Positions 63,566 to 64,000 of a stretch of DNA of 64,000 nucleotides are shown piece after piece. The notes beneath the pieces were generated by a model. The model was not told where the DNA came from. It made no database searches and worked only from the letters and a program-made list of their open reading frames with translations. A program made the position numbers and the translations under genes. Every line of letters begins with the position of its first letter. The stretch's first letter is position 1. Source of the DNA: Ylistrum balloti (taxonomy: Eukaryota); the NCBI RefSeq assembly GCF_031769215.1, contig NW_026782484.1, positions 1,922,001 through 1,986,000 on the forward strand, written 5' to 3'.

Positions 63566-64000
63566 TTTTTAAATCAGTCTTACTATAATAATGAGATACA
63601 ATAGATAAATAGCATTACAAGAAAATGGTGTTTATAAATCAACCTTTTAATTTTAGGCCTCAAAAATCAACTGCCGAGTATATGGCAACCAAACAGAGTT
63701 CACCAATTGGAACACTATAGACTAACTATTTATTATTTCATTATTCATAGGAATATCTGAAGTTTATTTTCTTATGAGGTATAATTATGAATTATTGTCT
63801 ATATTATATGACTGAATGATTAAACACGTGTTAAATTTGAGTTTGTTTACAGTTGATAATGTATATATTATCGTATAAATCACTGTTGTATATTATATAA
63901 CATTTAAAACTACCACACTGTTTTAGATAATTTCGTATCAACATGATAAATGTACTGTATTTTTAATGTTGTGAAAAGGTTATCTGACGTAACCAGGAAA

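Overview
AT-rich, intron-containing eukaryotic DNA; the repeat and gene content suggest a bivalve mollusc (inference). It has one 490-nt N gap at 46688-47177. All genes recognised lie on the minus strand. (1) A complete four-exon NPC2/ML-domain gene (153 aa) at 4992-12213. (2) Three paralogous modules of a cell-surface family with the layout signal peptide - C-type-lectin-like domain (2 exons) - PAN/apple-like exon - stalk. Gene A (16414-22511, 534 aa) is intact with a mucin stalk and TM helix. Module B (50888-56683) is disrupted as assembled. Module C (57821-62670) lacks a family-type TM exon and may splice into B. Roughly a quarter of the window (by eye) is about 20 unrelated minisatellite arrays. 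Decayed Tx1/L1-type LINE, Penelope-like RT, mariner and Tc1 fragments, MITEs and pearl/HINE-like elements are also present. The most unusual observations are: a 45-bp minisatellite whose unit is a whole minimal (degenerate) hammerhead ribozyme; a related retrozyme-like locus at 40.0-41.2 kb; and 23 in-frame tandem copies of a splice acceptor plus exon start inside the lectin domain of gene A. Exon boundaries were read manually; repeat copy numbers and repeat or element edges are approximate; no database searches were run.
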